Origin: Callorhinchus milii
Lineage: Eukaryota
Reading direction: 5' to 3'
Assembly: GCF_018977255.1 (NCBI RefSeq)
Contig: NW_024704746.1
Coordinates: forward strand, 18,414,001-18,478,000
DNA: 64,000 nt
Part shown: piece by piece, positions 13,175-25,757 of the stretch
How the letters are laid out: each line of letters opens with the position of its first letter
How positions within the stretch are numbered: the first letter of the stretch is position 1
Notes under the pieces: generated by a model
What the model was told of the DNA's origin: nothing
Seen by the model: the letters and a program-made list of their open reading frames with translations, nothing else
Databases searched by the model: none
Program-made: the position numbers and the translations under genes

Positions 13175-13967
13175 GTAACTGTTTATAGAAATATTCTTGT
13201 AAAAAGACATGATATTTGGAAATTGAGAATTTTACACAAATCAATGGTACAAACAATACAAAAAGGCTATTGATATCCAATACCCATATAATATAACTGC
13301 TAAAATACTAATATAAGATAACAGTTCCTTAGTGTTCAGTATTTGTTCATTTGTATGAAAAATTCACTTGAAAAGAAAAACACAGTTAATGTTTAAAAAA
13401 TGACTGATCTGCTGCATGGTTGATTGAATGGAGTGATACTTACAACGTAATGATTAAAATCTGAGTTCTCAATGACTGCGCCGCAGATGTCCTTTGCTTT
13501 TATTGATCCTGCTTCGCTGATTGCCATTCAGCCTTGTGTTAGGGTAGGGGCTACCTCTGGCACATCTTGGTAAATTTTCGGAATGATAAATATTGAATGC
13601 ATTACTAAATCGACTCAATTGTGAGTTTTCAAGAGATTAGCTTTTTATTGAGCATTTGGATATTAATTAGATCAATCAGTGAGCCCTGATTCATCATGAT
13701 CTAACATAGTGAGGAAAAGTAAAACTTTTAAGGTTAATGGCTGTGAATCTTTCAATTATAGGATTTTTATATTTTGCATAAATTTAGCATTTTATGTCCA
13801 TCGATATTACAGTAATTTTACAAAGAATTAAGTAGGTACTGAAGATGACACTTATAGTTTATTGCTTGAGGACAGTCCTGCGCACCTTCAAATGCAGTCA
13901 GCTGCTACAGTCATAATATCGATATTTAACTCTGGACTGCTTCAACTGCAGTGTATTGTTTTGGTAG

Positions 13968-14125
13968 TAACAGTGTGCTCGACTTCACAAGCAAAATTAC
14001 GATCAACTGCATCTGGAGTTAGAATTCCACAACCAGTAATGACTGTGGTGCCACCTCCAACAAAAGCTTTGATGCCTGCTATTGCATCCCCTCCTTTAAT
14101 ATCACCAGCCAAGCCTGTTGCAAAA
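13968..14125 (+). CDS. BRDT: BRDT coding exon 4 (inter-bromodomain linker)
   Basis: Phase-1 acceptor (an in-frame alternative exists at 13974). VTVCSTSQ...PPLISPAKPVAK|gtaagt. Needed to join the phases of exons 3 and 5. Confidence 0.82.
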
Positions 14126-14651
14126 GTAAGTGTTATATTTCTAATTCTGCATAACTTGCAGGTGTAAAGCATCTGTGATAATTTATAATAAACAATATAA
14201 ATCTTGCATTTGATATAGAACATTAACACATTGTCGAGACATCGCTTCTCAACTCACTTCTGTAAATCCTTCAGTTATCCACTGTCAATCCTTGGAATAT
14301 TTTTAATCAGAGCTGCTTTAGATGGGAAGCAGTACTTTTAGTATGGCATTTCCTAAGATTTTAATGCTACACGTATTTATCTTATTAAAGTAACATTCCC
14401 ATAAATCTACCATATGTAAGGCAGATTACTCTTCAATATTTTAGTAGGAGAAAAAGTTGTCAAAATATTTTCTGTTGGTCCTGAGAGTTCCTAAGAAAAT
14501 TATTCCATCAAAGCCCTTTGCCAATTTCCTGAGTTGATCAGAGGTCATTCATTGCTTCCAAACAGCCTGTAAAACGCAAGTTAGTTGTGTCCTTTTTTAT
14601 TTGTGTATTAAGCATCTCATTGTATCATCTTTTACTTTTTTTCTAAACAAG

Positions 14652-15020
14652 GTAAAGAAAGGTATCAAAAGGAAGGCTGACACTACTACTCCCACCGCTC
14701 CCATTATTGCTACAAGTAGTGAGTCTTCGCCAACATTTACAGAACCAAAGCCTACAAAATTTCCTTCAAGGAGAGAAAGCAGTCGATCAATTAAACCACC
14801 AAAAAAGGATCTACCAGATTCCCAACAACAGCATCAAGTCGGAAAGAAAGAAAAATTATCAGAACGTTTGAAATATTGTAACAGTATTCTTAAAGGGATG
14901 TTCTCAAAGAAGCATGCAGCATATGCCTGGCCTTTCTACAAGCCTGTAGATGTTGAAGCATTAGGACTTCATGACTACCATGACATTATTAAGCTGCCCA
15001 TGGATCTTACTACTGTGAAA
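14652..15020 (+). CDS. BRDT: BRDT coding exon 5 (motif A, BD2 N-terminal part)
   Basis: [14 protein letters not shown]...[37 protein letters not shown]|gtaagt. Confidence 0.96.
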
Positions 15021-15500
15021 GTAAGTTTTTTGTTTCTTTTTGGAGGGGTGGGACTTTTTCCTCCGACCACCACAAAAAATGTGCTAGAGGATGTACATTT
15101 GGAGTTGGTTTATAACTGCATCAAAGTGTGTCCATTTTCCATAAACTACACAATTAAGTTTAAATATTTTTCAATCCAGCAGCATGCGGAATATCAGAAC
15201 ACAAGCTTTTAATGGATGATTTGACATAGGAAAGCTCACAATGGCTTTGTAACTGGTAATTGTAAAAATAACATTAGTAGAAACTAAGCATCTCTGAAAT
15301 TTATCACTTGCATAAAATTCCAGCTTATTTTTTGATTTCATTAACTGGCAATCTAAGAATTTTAAGATGTCTGCTTTATCATGTGTTCGCATGTATTTTC
15401 ATTATTTATTATACATATTTATTTTACACTGAATTCACCCTGAACTAATTTTGTAAAATTGATTTCATGTAAGTTTTATGTTTTAATCTTTCCTGATGAG

Positions 15501-15629
15501 AAACGAATGGAAAACCGCGAATATAAAGATACCCAGCAATTTGCCACAGATGTGCGATTAATGTTTCGGAATTGTTATAAGTATAACCCACCCGATCATG
15601 AAGTAGTAGCTATGGCCCGAAAACTTCAG
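15501..15629 (+). CDS. BRDT: BRDT coding exon 6 (BD2)
   Basis: [43 protein letters not shown]|gtaaga. The acceptor is GAG. Confidence 0.95.
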
Positions 15630-16189
15630 GTAAGAGTAAACCTTAGGTAAGAATATAGTTTTAGTTTAATGTAACTGTTATGTCCTTTAAAAATATGTGT
15701 AACCTTCAAAATCTTAAACTGTTAGATCAATAATCATCTCAGTGACTCTTTGTGGCAAAGCTGCGAAAAAGTTTCTTCAAACCTCCCTTTCCCATCCAAT
15801 GATGATCCTGAGCTAATGCCCCCATATTACTATTTTGCTAATCATTTTTTGCTAAATTAAAGAATCATTTTCTGGAGATAACATAATTGGGATTTTTGTC
15901 AGTGTTTTGTGCAGCAATAGAGATTCCATCTAAAATTACTGTTTAGCTCTAATTTATACCAATTATGGCAATGATGTAACATTTGGATTTCACTTGTAGT
16001 GTGGGTGGACTTAACCCATGAACACATTTACGGATGAATTGTGATGATTGTAAATAGGATATCGATTGTATTGATAACTTTTCACAAGAAGGGAAGAAAG
16101 CTTATGATGAAAAATGCCCTTCAACCCATTTATTGTCTTTCCATAAGAGCATTGGTTTCCAAGTGATCTCAAATATCTTATTTCACCAG

Positions 16190-16381
16190 GATGTTTTTGA
16201 GAAGCATTTTGCCAAAATACCTGATGAACCTGCTGAACCTATGTTAACATCACAACCCAAAACCCAAGTTAGAAAATCAATAGCAAGTGAAAACACTGAT
16301 GAAAGCTCATCTGATAGTGAAAATGCATCTGAAAACTCTGAGAAAGAACGTACGGAGCGCCTTGCTAAACTTCAAGAACAG
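16190..16381 (+). CDS. BRDT: BRDT coding exon 7 (end of BD2, acidic/Ser region, start of motif B)
   Basis: ccag|DVFEKHFAKIPDEP...ERTERLAKLQEQ|gtagaa. Confidence 0.95.
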
Positions 16382-17000
16382 GTAGAAATATTTTTTTTTA
16401 AATATTCTTTTCTAGGAATCCAATTGTTTTTGAACACTTCTAAACATCTGTGCATACAAGATAAAATTCCAATCTGTGATAGCTTCCTGAGAAACTATAA
16501 GACTGGAACTGTGTGGGATTTTGCTATTATTCTATGTTAAGGCTTTGGATTAATTAACAGTGTTGAAATGTATTTCTGATATCAACAATTCTGAGCATGT
16601 CCCTGATCTCGAGGTGGGTGATGGAATAGACAACCATCAGATAGTTCTCAGGCTGCAACACAGGAGAGAGAGGTTCTCACTGTAAAACAGGTTTACAATA
16701 TTCCATTGCCAATTTATTTTCCTCCATGCTCACTGCAGGAGGGATTTGTATTGGAATCATCAGTGATTTAATTTTGTTTCAGTATAGTACTAAATGGGGT
16801 ACAAGAATGTTTAAGTCCACTTTGCTGGTCAGTACCAATGAGCTGTAAAAAATAAAAGAAAATTAAAGAATACTTCCTAAAAATATTCACTGTACTATTG
16901 TGTACTCTTGGAATTGCTTTTCTCACTTACATATTAAGTGAGATAAATTGAATAAGCCATATAATATTAGCTTGATTTGAATCAACTTTTCCCGTGACAG

Positions 17001-17200
17001 CTGAAGGCAGTCCATGATCAACTTACAGCCTTATCTCAAGCTCCACTGTCTAAACCTAAGAAAAAGGACAAAGCCAAAAAGGAAAAGAAGAAAAAAGAAA
17101 AGGAGAAAGACAAATTTAGAAAGAAAGATGATGAAAGGAAGAAAAACAAGTCTAAGCCAATGCAGCAAAAGAAGTCCAAGAAAAGCTCTACAGGAAGCAG
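17001..17200 (+). CDS. BRDT: BRDT coding exon 8 (motif B coiled coil, Lys-rich basic region)
   Basis: acag|LKAVHDQLTALSQAPLSKPKKKDKAKKEKKKKEK...|gtacga, phase 2. Confidence 0.95.
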
Positions 17201-17868
17201 GTACGATCAGATTAAACCATCTCCAATTTTCTCCCTCTCTTGCAAACCTGCTGAGATACAACAGCACCCTAGCAGTTCAAATTAGCCATTCTATGTTTGA
17301 ACCCAGACTGAATTAGCATCATAGTATTGTTCCACTGTATTCATTTTTAAATTAAAAATAAATTCCAATTTATGCATTATGGCTTGAGGGTAAGTTTTGT
17401 AATGCGACACAGTTGTGGATATAGCTGAATAATGCATCAAAAGTTGTATATGTATCTACCAGGATGATTATGTAATTTCCCTTCGGTGCCTTTGGAAGTT
17501 GGTTATAAAGGGTGTCCTGATTTGAATATGCTAAGTTATTTTTAAGAAGAATCATACTGATACTAAGATGCCCTTAACTAAATCCAGTTTACAAATGATT
17601 TAATCTAGATTCTTGTTGGTAGTTATGAGTTGCAAATACGTTTTTTTTCCCCAAAAAATTGGTTAATTTTAATGCATTAATTACAAAAGCCCATAAGGGT
17701 AGGAAAAATATTGAAACAATTTGCTGGATATTAACTGGTGAGTGGCTCAAAACTGAGCTTTAATGTATAACATTGAAACTATAATATTACCTAATTTGGA
17801 ACAGAATGATTTGTAGATATGGTCCATTTCTTAATTAATAATATTTATGAATGTACTTTGTTATACAG

Positions 17869-18158
17869 GCTGATGAAAAAAAACAAACAGCAGGCTCCTC
17901 CCGTTTGTGATTCCGAAGAAGATAATGCAAAGCCAATGACATATGATGAGAAAAGGCAGTTGAGTCTTGACATCAACAAACTTCCGGGTGACAAACTGGG
18001 GCGTGTTGTGCATGTAATACAGTCTAGGGAACCTTCTTTGAGAGATTCTAATCCAGATGAAATAGAAATTGATTTTGAAACGTTGAAACCATCCACATTA
18101 AGAGAATTGGAAAGATATGTTATGACTTGTTTAAGAAAGAAACCAAGAAAACCTTATT
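17869..18158 (+). CDS. BRDT: BRDT coding exon 9 (ET domain)
   Basis: [65 protein letters not shown]...|gtaagt. Confidence 0.97.
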
Positions 18159-18241
18159 GTAAGTAGTAAATGCTGTTACATTAACTATTTTACCTTCTTT
18201 AGGCAAGTATTCTAATATGTGTACTTGTATATTATATTCAG

Positions 18242-18361
18242 CTAAAAAGGTTTCTGGAAGATCTAAAGAAGAAATTCAACTGGAGAAAAAACAAGAACTG
18301 GAAAAAAGATTGCAAGATGTGAGTGGACATTTGAACTCTGGGAAAAAACAAACCAAAAAAT
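18242..18361 (+). CDS. BRDT: BRDT coding exon 10
   Basis: ttcag|[40 protein letters not shown]|gtatgt, with the conserved BET motif [11 protein letters not shown]. Confidence 0.94.
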
Positions 18362-18456
18362 GTATGTACTGTATTTAATAAATGTTGAATACGCTAGAAT
18401 TTATATTTTTCCTGTTTTTTTCAAATTTAGAATGTTTGAATTTTTTTATTTAATAG

Positions 18457-18588
18457 CTCAGAAGAATGATCCAGCCATGGAGATGGGAGGATTGTCTCGA
18501 TTAAGTGAAAGCAGCAGTTCCTCAAAGTCTGGCAGTAGTAGCAGCAGTAATGACTCTAGTTCTTCAGAGAGCAGTGATTCTGAAACAG
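18457..18588 (+). CDS. BRDT: BRDT coding exon 11 (SEED region)
   Basis: atag|...GGLSRLSESSSSSKSGSSSSSNDSSSSESSDSET G|gttagg. Confidence 0.93.
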
Positions 18589-21194
18589 GTTAGGTGTCAT
18601 CTTCCGTACATATATGTACAGCCAAGTGCATCCAACTTTCCAAATATCAGTCCTTTCTCCCAGTTTCTACTACTCAAAAGGATTTATTGTAGCATTTGCC
18701 TGGAGGCATCGCACAAATCAGAAACGGGTGCAAACTTATAGATCTTGCTGAAGCACTGAATGTTGGAGGCTGGAAGTGTTCCATAATATTTCAAAGATGT
18801 CCCAACCAAATGAAAAAAGAGGACATTCGTAAGTGAGACAACTATGTTTACAATGCAGAACCTTTCACTCTATTAGTCTCAGAAAGTAGCTTCTTTCAAA
18901 TTGTTTGAAAGTCAGGTAAGGAAGAATTTTTGAAGCAAGAGCAATGTAATGCATACTGTAAATGTAGAAAGTAAATTGATCAGGTGAGGAGGAATGACTT
19001 ATTTAAGGCACGTGCCTTGAAGGTTTGAGTTGCTAAGTGACTGACTGAGAACTGTAAATACAGATGTATTATTGTGACAAAAGTCACACAGAGTTGAATT
19101 GAGACATCAACCATGTCATGCAGGGTTAGTTTGTATGTCCATTTTTGAGGGATGTCTTATGATATCACTGCACAGGGTTAATATAATGTAGTGCATGGCA
19201 TCTTGGGTTCTTGCATTTTTGCAAAAGACATTAGTACTAAATGCTGGAGATATTTTGGTTCAATGCTGCTGAGAACAATGTATATAATGGGCTATCAGAA
19301 ATAGACTTTTCTTTTCCAATACCATGAAAAAATAGTCTTTGTAATCCAATTATTTTGAACTCTTATAATAGTTCTTGTAGTCTTTGTAATCAAGTAGCTT
19401 AATTTTATAAGAATTCCTTTCTATTGCATTTCTGTATATTGCATTTAAGGTCACGTTAACCTTAAAACTGACAAATATTGAAGATCAGATCCAATAACGC
19501 AAAAATTTGAAGTCAGTTTTGGTGCTGGGGATGGAGGTTTGCTTGATCAAGATCTATTTTCTGTATAGTTGTAAACTGCAGTTATTCCGTTTCATAACTT
19601 CCTGTATTTGGAATTAATTTTTTGTTGAGATACTATTGTTTATTTTCTGTATCAACATTTAAATTATTTATGTTTGGCAAATAAACTTATTTCTAGTCCA
19701 AACTCTGCTCTGTGTGGTCTGTTCTCTCTTTCAACCCCTGCAGTTGGAGATATCCTTAGCTACAACTGTTTCAGAGGTCTCACTCCGTCAAACTGCCCTT
19801 TTTCTAACTCAAATTGTCTGGTTACATTTGAAGTTTTATTTCTTACTGTCTCATATAGAGACTAAAAACATCTTTCAGTTATTACAATTTGTGTGGCTTT
19901 GTATTGGAAATTTACTGTTAATTATTGACAATGCAGGGATTGAAGGAAAAGGACCTTTAATTACTGTTAGTACGCAGTAAAATTGTAGGCTGTAAAGAAA
20001 CACTGCCTTCATTGAATAAACGTTATTATAATAAATTTCTACAGCTAGTTTCAGACATAAGTGCAAAGTTAAGGCAGGGTCAACTGAAGTGACATTACAT
20101 TTTAAGCAACCTGTGGTTTAATGTTTTCCGATTAGTTGCTTATCTTTTCATTTTTTTAATTGATGTTTAAACAATATATTAAATCTAAACGTCAAGATTG
20201 ATGTCTTAAACCAAGTCAAGTTGGAGTAAGTCAACTCCCGCTCCCCCCTCCCCCACAGACACTCCCTCTCTCTCCCCCACTCAGGTGCCCAGCTAACAAT
20301 GTTGTGTTGTTACATATATCCCAGGCGTTTAAAGCAGAGTAGAGTGGACCATGCCAGTTAATTTTTATTCGTTTGGCTTGGGTGAGAGGACGGGGGGGGG
20401 GGAGTAAGAATTTGAGATTTGTGAACGTCTATATAAAATACAATAAACTGATTATTTGTCACTCCAAGGGAAAGGGGTTATCCAGAGTTAGGCATGTGTA
20501 TAAATGCAAAACTAATTGCGGCTGGGATATTGATAGCATGATGACTTAAGTGGCAGTGACAAGTTAAGGCAGGGTCAAGTTAGCAGGAGTGTACTGTATT
20601 ACCCTTTAATTAATAGGTCATACCTGAAATGCACCTTCCTTTTCACACATCTTCCTTTTTCAGATGCCCCAAACTGTATGTTTGCAGCACTTTTGTTCAT
20701 TTCAGATGGTCAGCTTTTTTTAAGTTACCACGTGGGAAAAATAGTCACGAACCGTTTCGTGGAACAGCATGTTCAAGCTCAAAAAAAGGTCAATTTGCTC
20801 TATTTGTAGGTGTGTTTGGGACATGGGAATGCAGCTTTTCCCACCCTAAGATCTTCAAATGGGTAATTCCATAAACTTGGTTACCAAATAAACTTTCTGA
20901 GCAATTAATTGGTAACGAGCAAATTATTTATTCTAAAAGATAAATGTGATAAATTGAAAATTCTGATTTTCAGTCAATGTTGTAAGGAAAATAGCAACTG
21001 CCACAAGAAGGAAAAGATACAGGGAGGGTACAACAAATAGTTTTTTTTATTTATATATATATATATGGTGAAATTATTTAAAAATCCATGTAATACTCTA
21101 TTTACGGTACTTCATTATACTATTGTTTACCAGCACTTAATTATTTATTGTTGCATTTCAAAATTTTAATCATCAGTCTTTAACTTTTCTGCAG

Positions 21195-21256
21195 AAATAG
21201 CATCAAAGCAGAAGCCAAGGAAACGATGCAGTGTTATTCCTAGAGGGGGAATAAAG
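21195..21256 (+). CDS. BRDT: BRDT coding exon 12 (small exon)
   Basis: ttttctgcag|EIASKQKPRKRCSVIPRGGIK|gtaacc. Phase 1 to 0; resembles the short post-SEED exon of BRD4/BRDT. Confidence 0.75.
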
Positions 21257-21421
21257 GTAACCAATGTACTGCTAGAAATTTTTCTATGTGCCATTTCTTT
21301 TCATAAATTTCTAAATCCATTCTTTTCCCAACAATTTTTACCAAAACAAATGCCTTCTAAATTAGAAGAAAATCAGATGAAATGCCTTTCACCTTGACCA
21401 GCATTGGATTCTGTTCCTCAG

Positions 21422-21575
21422 GTGCAATCATTGCCACATCGAAAACTTGCAGAGATACCACAGAAACACAGTCAACTTCTTTCATTGTCCTCTCACCAGG
21501 CAAAGTTGCAACTTTTTCAACCACAGTGTAATGTACCCCAAGAAGAACGAGAACACATCACTATTTCACCACCAG
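21422..21575 (+). CDS. BRDT: BRDT coding exon 13
   Basis: cctcag|VQSLPHRK...HITISPP G|gtaaag. Phase 0 to 1. Confidence 0.75.
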
Positions 21576-21949
21576 GTAAAGACTTAGCTTGGTTGCATAC
21601 AACTGGTTTAAACTAAATAATATTTAGTAATCATATTGCCTACTCCAGCATTTCTTATGTGAAAGAGAATGAAATAAATTTAGATTTCAGATGCTGTCTG
21701 ATATAAGACATCTAAGGAGCTCAGCTGGCAAATATTTTTTATATGTGAATGGATACAGTTTCTGAAGCAGCTATATTGCGACATGCATTGATCTTACTTT
21801 GTGTGTAATTTAGCACAGATTCGCTTTCTGCCAGGGGCATGATAGGTCAATAATGCTTGTGAAAGCACCCACTCTTCAAACTAGAAATTCTCCAAACACT
21901 GCTGTGTTGTACAACAGCCAGGAGCCAAGATCGGAGGGAAAAATAAGTT

Positions 21950-22290
21950 CCAGCATTATGGAAGGGTGAATAGGAAGAAACTATTTCCATTGGTAGGGGA
22001 GTCAGTGATTAGCAGACATAGATTTAAGATAGCCACAAGGAGAACTTAGGAGAATTTTTTTTCACACAAACGTGTTGGGATGTGCAATGGCCTGCCAAGT
22101 AAGGTGGTAGAGCCAGAGTCCATTGTGGGCTTCAAGAGGGAAGTAGAAGGGTATATACAATTTACAGGCTTGAAGGGGAATGGTAATAGGCCAGGGCAGT
22201 GGGATGAAAAGTAAAGCTTGTTCTGAGAGCTGGTGCAAACCTGATGGGCCAAATGGACAACTTCTGTGCTGAAACTTTCTATGTCGTACA
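21950..22290 (+). mobile_element. CR1 LINE 3' fragment, degenerate
   Basis: aaactatttccattggtaggggagtc...ttttttcacacaaacgtgttgggatgtgcaatggcctgcc...gatgggccaaatggacaacttctgtgctg is a typical CR1 3' end. Confidence 0.8.
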
Positions 22291-22967
22291 TTGACTACTC
22301 TGAACAGAAAGTCCTTTAACACAACTGTGTTCCAAATGGACAGAATGTGAATGCCCTCAGAATCTCACTGATAGTTTTTGTACTACTTTGGCAAGTCTTA
22401 TTTGTAAATGGAGGTTCAATATACAAGGAATAATATTTATTACCTTCCATAGATATGGTTATATTCTTTGAAAAAAGTAATATTCCACGTAGAAAGCTTC
22501 ATCCAAGCTGATTTGTTTTCTCTTTTTGGTTTGATGTTGCTAGGGGGGTGGGGGTGTGGCGACTCTGTAGCTTTTATGCATTATACCTCTTTACAATAAT
22601 TTTGACAGCCTCAATGCTTTCTGGATACAGAACGTAAAGTATAAGACCTGCAAACAGCTCAGTTTTTAAATGTGACCGTGTCTCTACATATTCTATTCTT
22701 TGCCTTCCCTTGGCTCCATCCTCTGTGGGATAATACCAATATTCTATTTTTAAGATACTTTAAGCAACTTTTGTCAAAGAATGAAAGACCTTAACTAAGG
22801 TCTAATATCTGTTCCTTTACAACTCTGCTGCACATGAAATTGGTGCCCAATTATAGAAAGGCTCATTGTGAGGAATGCAATGGCTATTAGTATTATAGAA
22901 TCTAAATAAATGATTTGTACAGTATTTACTTACAATTACTAGTTTTATTCCACTTTGGTTTCTTTAG

Positions 22968-23405
22968 CTTTACACACTAGTTTACCACCACAGCCATCAA
23001 GACCGAGTGCCAAGGCAGCACCCTTACCTCCCAAACACAGACTACCCATACAGTCACCATCCAAACTACAACAACCTGAGATACAACAACAGTTGCCACT
23101 AGCTACAATTCAGCAGTTGCAGGTTCAGACTCAAAATGTTCTATTACATCCAGTTCATGTGCACCCTTCCTTACCAGAGCAGTTGAAGCATCAGGTTTTA
23201 TCACCACCACAGATCAAGCCATGTTATCCAGTGCCATTACCAACCGCAACTCAACCACAAATAAAACTTCAACAGCTGGTGCAAAACCAACAAATGCATA
23301 TTGATCACCTTGATGCCCTTTCAATGCAGCCACAATCCTGCCATCAAACACTCATTCAACAGCCACACCCACCACCACTGCAACATCAAGGAACTGAGAC
23401 AGAAG
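22968..23405 (+). CDS. BRDT: BRDT coding exon 14 (Pro/Gln-rich)
   Basis: ctttag|ALHTSLPPQPSRPSAKAAPLPPK... matches the recalled BRD4 motif [23 protein letters not shown]. Donor G|gtaaga. Confidence 0.88.
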
Positions 23406-25063
23406 GTAAGAAACAACAACCATTTTAGACATGTGTATTAACAGACATAATAGAAGGCTACTGGGCGTACTTCCAACTTTTGAGACACAACTGGTTTTAT
23501 CCTTTCTAGGTTGCCTGGTTACATTTATAAAGGATTATACAAGATGTTTAAAGTTGGCTGTTGGATTCTTGCACAATGGCAGCATTCTTCGTTCTGTATG
23601 AGTAAATTAGAATACTGTACTGTCGTCCATACCAGAAACTGAGTAGGAATGTGGACTAAGGCCAAAATCTTAAACCACCCACTTATATATTTTTTTTAAA
23701 TTTTCTACACGGTTTACAGAGGGCTTGAGAATCCTCCAATATCCTCTTCTCCTGCACACATTGTAAAAAGTTCTCAGCTTTCTTTAGGTAGTTGGTCATG
23801 AGTGGTAGAAATTTTAAAGTAATAGTGGTTAATCAAGAAGATTAATGTAGGATGAATTAATAACGATGATGATTAATTACTGTGTGCTAAGGATGGTAAC
23901 GCTGAGAACTTACATCCTGATAAATTCTAATGACTTATTAGACAATTTTTCAGATTTCCATCGAGCTGCATATCATTTTACTGTTCTGGGGTTGGCTTAT
24001 TCACTTGACCATAATCAACAGAATGAAGACTAACTCAATCAGTTGAAGCCACATTGTCATGGAATTCTATTTGCAATTTGATGGCAGACTGTACTGTATT
24101 TATCATAAATGAATGAACTGATTTGGTTGCATCTCAAATAGTCAACATTGCATTGGATCATGTGAAAAAGACATTGCCTGCAGATCTTCTCCAATGGGGG
24201 TCGCATGCTTTGGGACATCTTAAGGATTCAGTTGACTTGGAAACCAACAATGTCTTCTGATAAGATTTACCAGTGCATTCCCACGGCCCAGCTTGGCATC
24301 TGTTATAATTGAGGCTCAATAATGAATCAATATTTTAAGTTCCAAATGGTGATATTGGTACTTTAATGGTTTTAGAAAAAATACTAAAATATTGGAAGAG
24401 CAACAGAGATTTTCTTATAAGAAACGTCTTGATGTAAAATTAAAAGAAAATAGAATGGATATTCTGAAAGCTCATACACCAAATGGTCTTCATTCATCAC
24501 TCGCTTCTCATGTGATCTTTGAAATGATGGATAGCATAGTACTCTAGGTGGCACCCTCTGAGATACTCAGCATCAATTTAATAATCAGTGCACTGATGAA
24601 TCTCACTGCTTTAAAGTGTTCGAGAGAATTAAAAACACACTTGAAGTTGCACTATTGGTCTCATTAGATCTGGATTTTATTTTGCTTTGTGCTGAATTTA
24701 ACTTGATTTATTTTTGGTTCAGAATGTGTGTAGCTGTGATGGGAATTAATTGTTCAAAGTAATGTTTTGCGGATTTTTGCACGAAATTGTTTTCCAGTAT
24801 GCGTAACCAGAATAGCGAAAGGCTATTCTACAAAATCTATAAACGTACAAAAGAAAAGCTACTGCTACACATGAAGAAAAATCATGAAGTTTATGTGCAT
24901 GCTTGTTTTTTTAAAAAAACTATTTGTGGGCTCTCATTTGTTAACATATGAAATATTTAATTAGTCAAGTCCTTTTTCAAAGTGCTTTATTATCATTGGA
25001 TTTGCAAATGAAATCTATCCTTTGTCATTATGAACTAATTGATATTCATTTTTTCTCTAAAAG

Positions 25064-25173
25064 GATTTTCTGCAGTTATATCACCTTTGCATTCACCTCT
25101 TTTGCTGCAACTTCCACAAGATGCACCACAGTCAGCTGACTTTTCTCTTCAATCCGGCCTTTTTAAAAAAGAG
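25064..25173 (+). CDS. BRDT: BRDT coding exon 15
   Basis: GFSAVISPLHSPLLLQLPQDAPQSADFSLQSGLFKKE|gtatat. Phase 1 to 0, with an alternative in-phase acceptor at 25076. Confidence 0.72.
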
Positions 25174-25268
25174 GTATATCAGAATTTGGTCTAAATTATT
25201 TCTTAACTGCTTTAATACTTATTTCATATAATCTTTAGTTTACAAAATATTTGACTATTGTTTTCCAG

Positions 25269-25380
25269 GAATTAAAGCCATTATGTGACATGAAAAACGA
25301 TTTCAAATCTTCCCTAATTAACCAAACTGAGCCCACCTTTGAAACACATGGTGACTCTATACCAGCAGTAGCACAAAAGA
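25269..25380 (+). CDS. BRDT: BRDT coding exon 16
   Basis: tttccag|ELKPLCDMKND...AVAQK A|gtaagt. Phase 0 to 1. Confidence 0.78.
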
Positions 25381-25656
25381 GTAAGTTTGATCTTTTAAGC
25401 ATTAGTCATTTCTGTATATATTTACATACTACCTTAATTATCTACCTTGACATGACACAATTGAATATTTATGTATGGTAAAGAGCTTGCTTGAATCATT
25501 TGGAGTGGGATGAGCAGCTTGCACTGCTTGAGAACATTCCCTGACAGAATGAGGAAAGAAAATTAACAGAAATCTCTGGATTCTTTTAACTTTTCATAAT
25601 TCCATACATTTAGTTTTTAACTGCATAAGAAGTAATTAAATATTTTGATTTTGAAG

Positions 25657-25757
25657 CCGTCATTCCTGATGGAGGAGACCATATGAGTACTTCAATTAAG
25701 ACGAATACAGTTTCCAAACAAGCCCCGGAGCTGAAAATACCAATTGCTCCAAAGAAA
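25657..25757 (+). CDS. BRDT: BRDT coding exon 17
   Basis: TVIPDGGDH...APELKIPIAPKK|gtaggt. The end matches BRD4 EPKTPVAPKK. Confidence 0.8.

Noticed and set aside
23860-23925. C/D-box snoRNA candidate (ATGATGA...CTGA...CTGA with a small hairpin)
   Set aside because: Only about 55 nt, with no terminal stem and no recognisable guide.
24590-24640. Hammerhead ribozyme cores (CTGATGA here and at about 15493, 36146 and 60420)
   Set aside because: None has a properly paired helix II followed by GAAA with a matching cleavage triplet.
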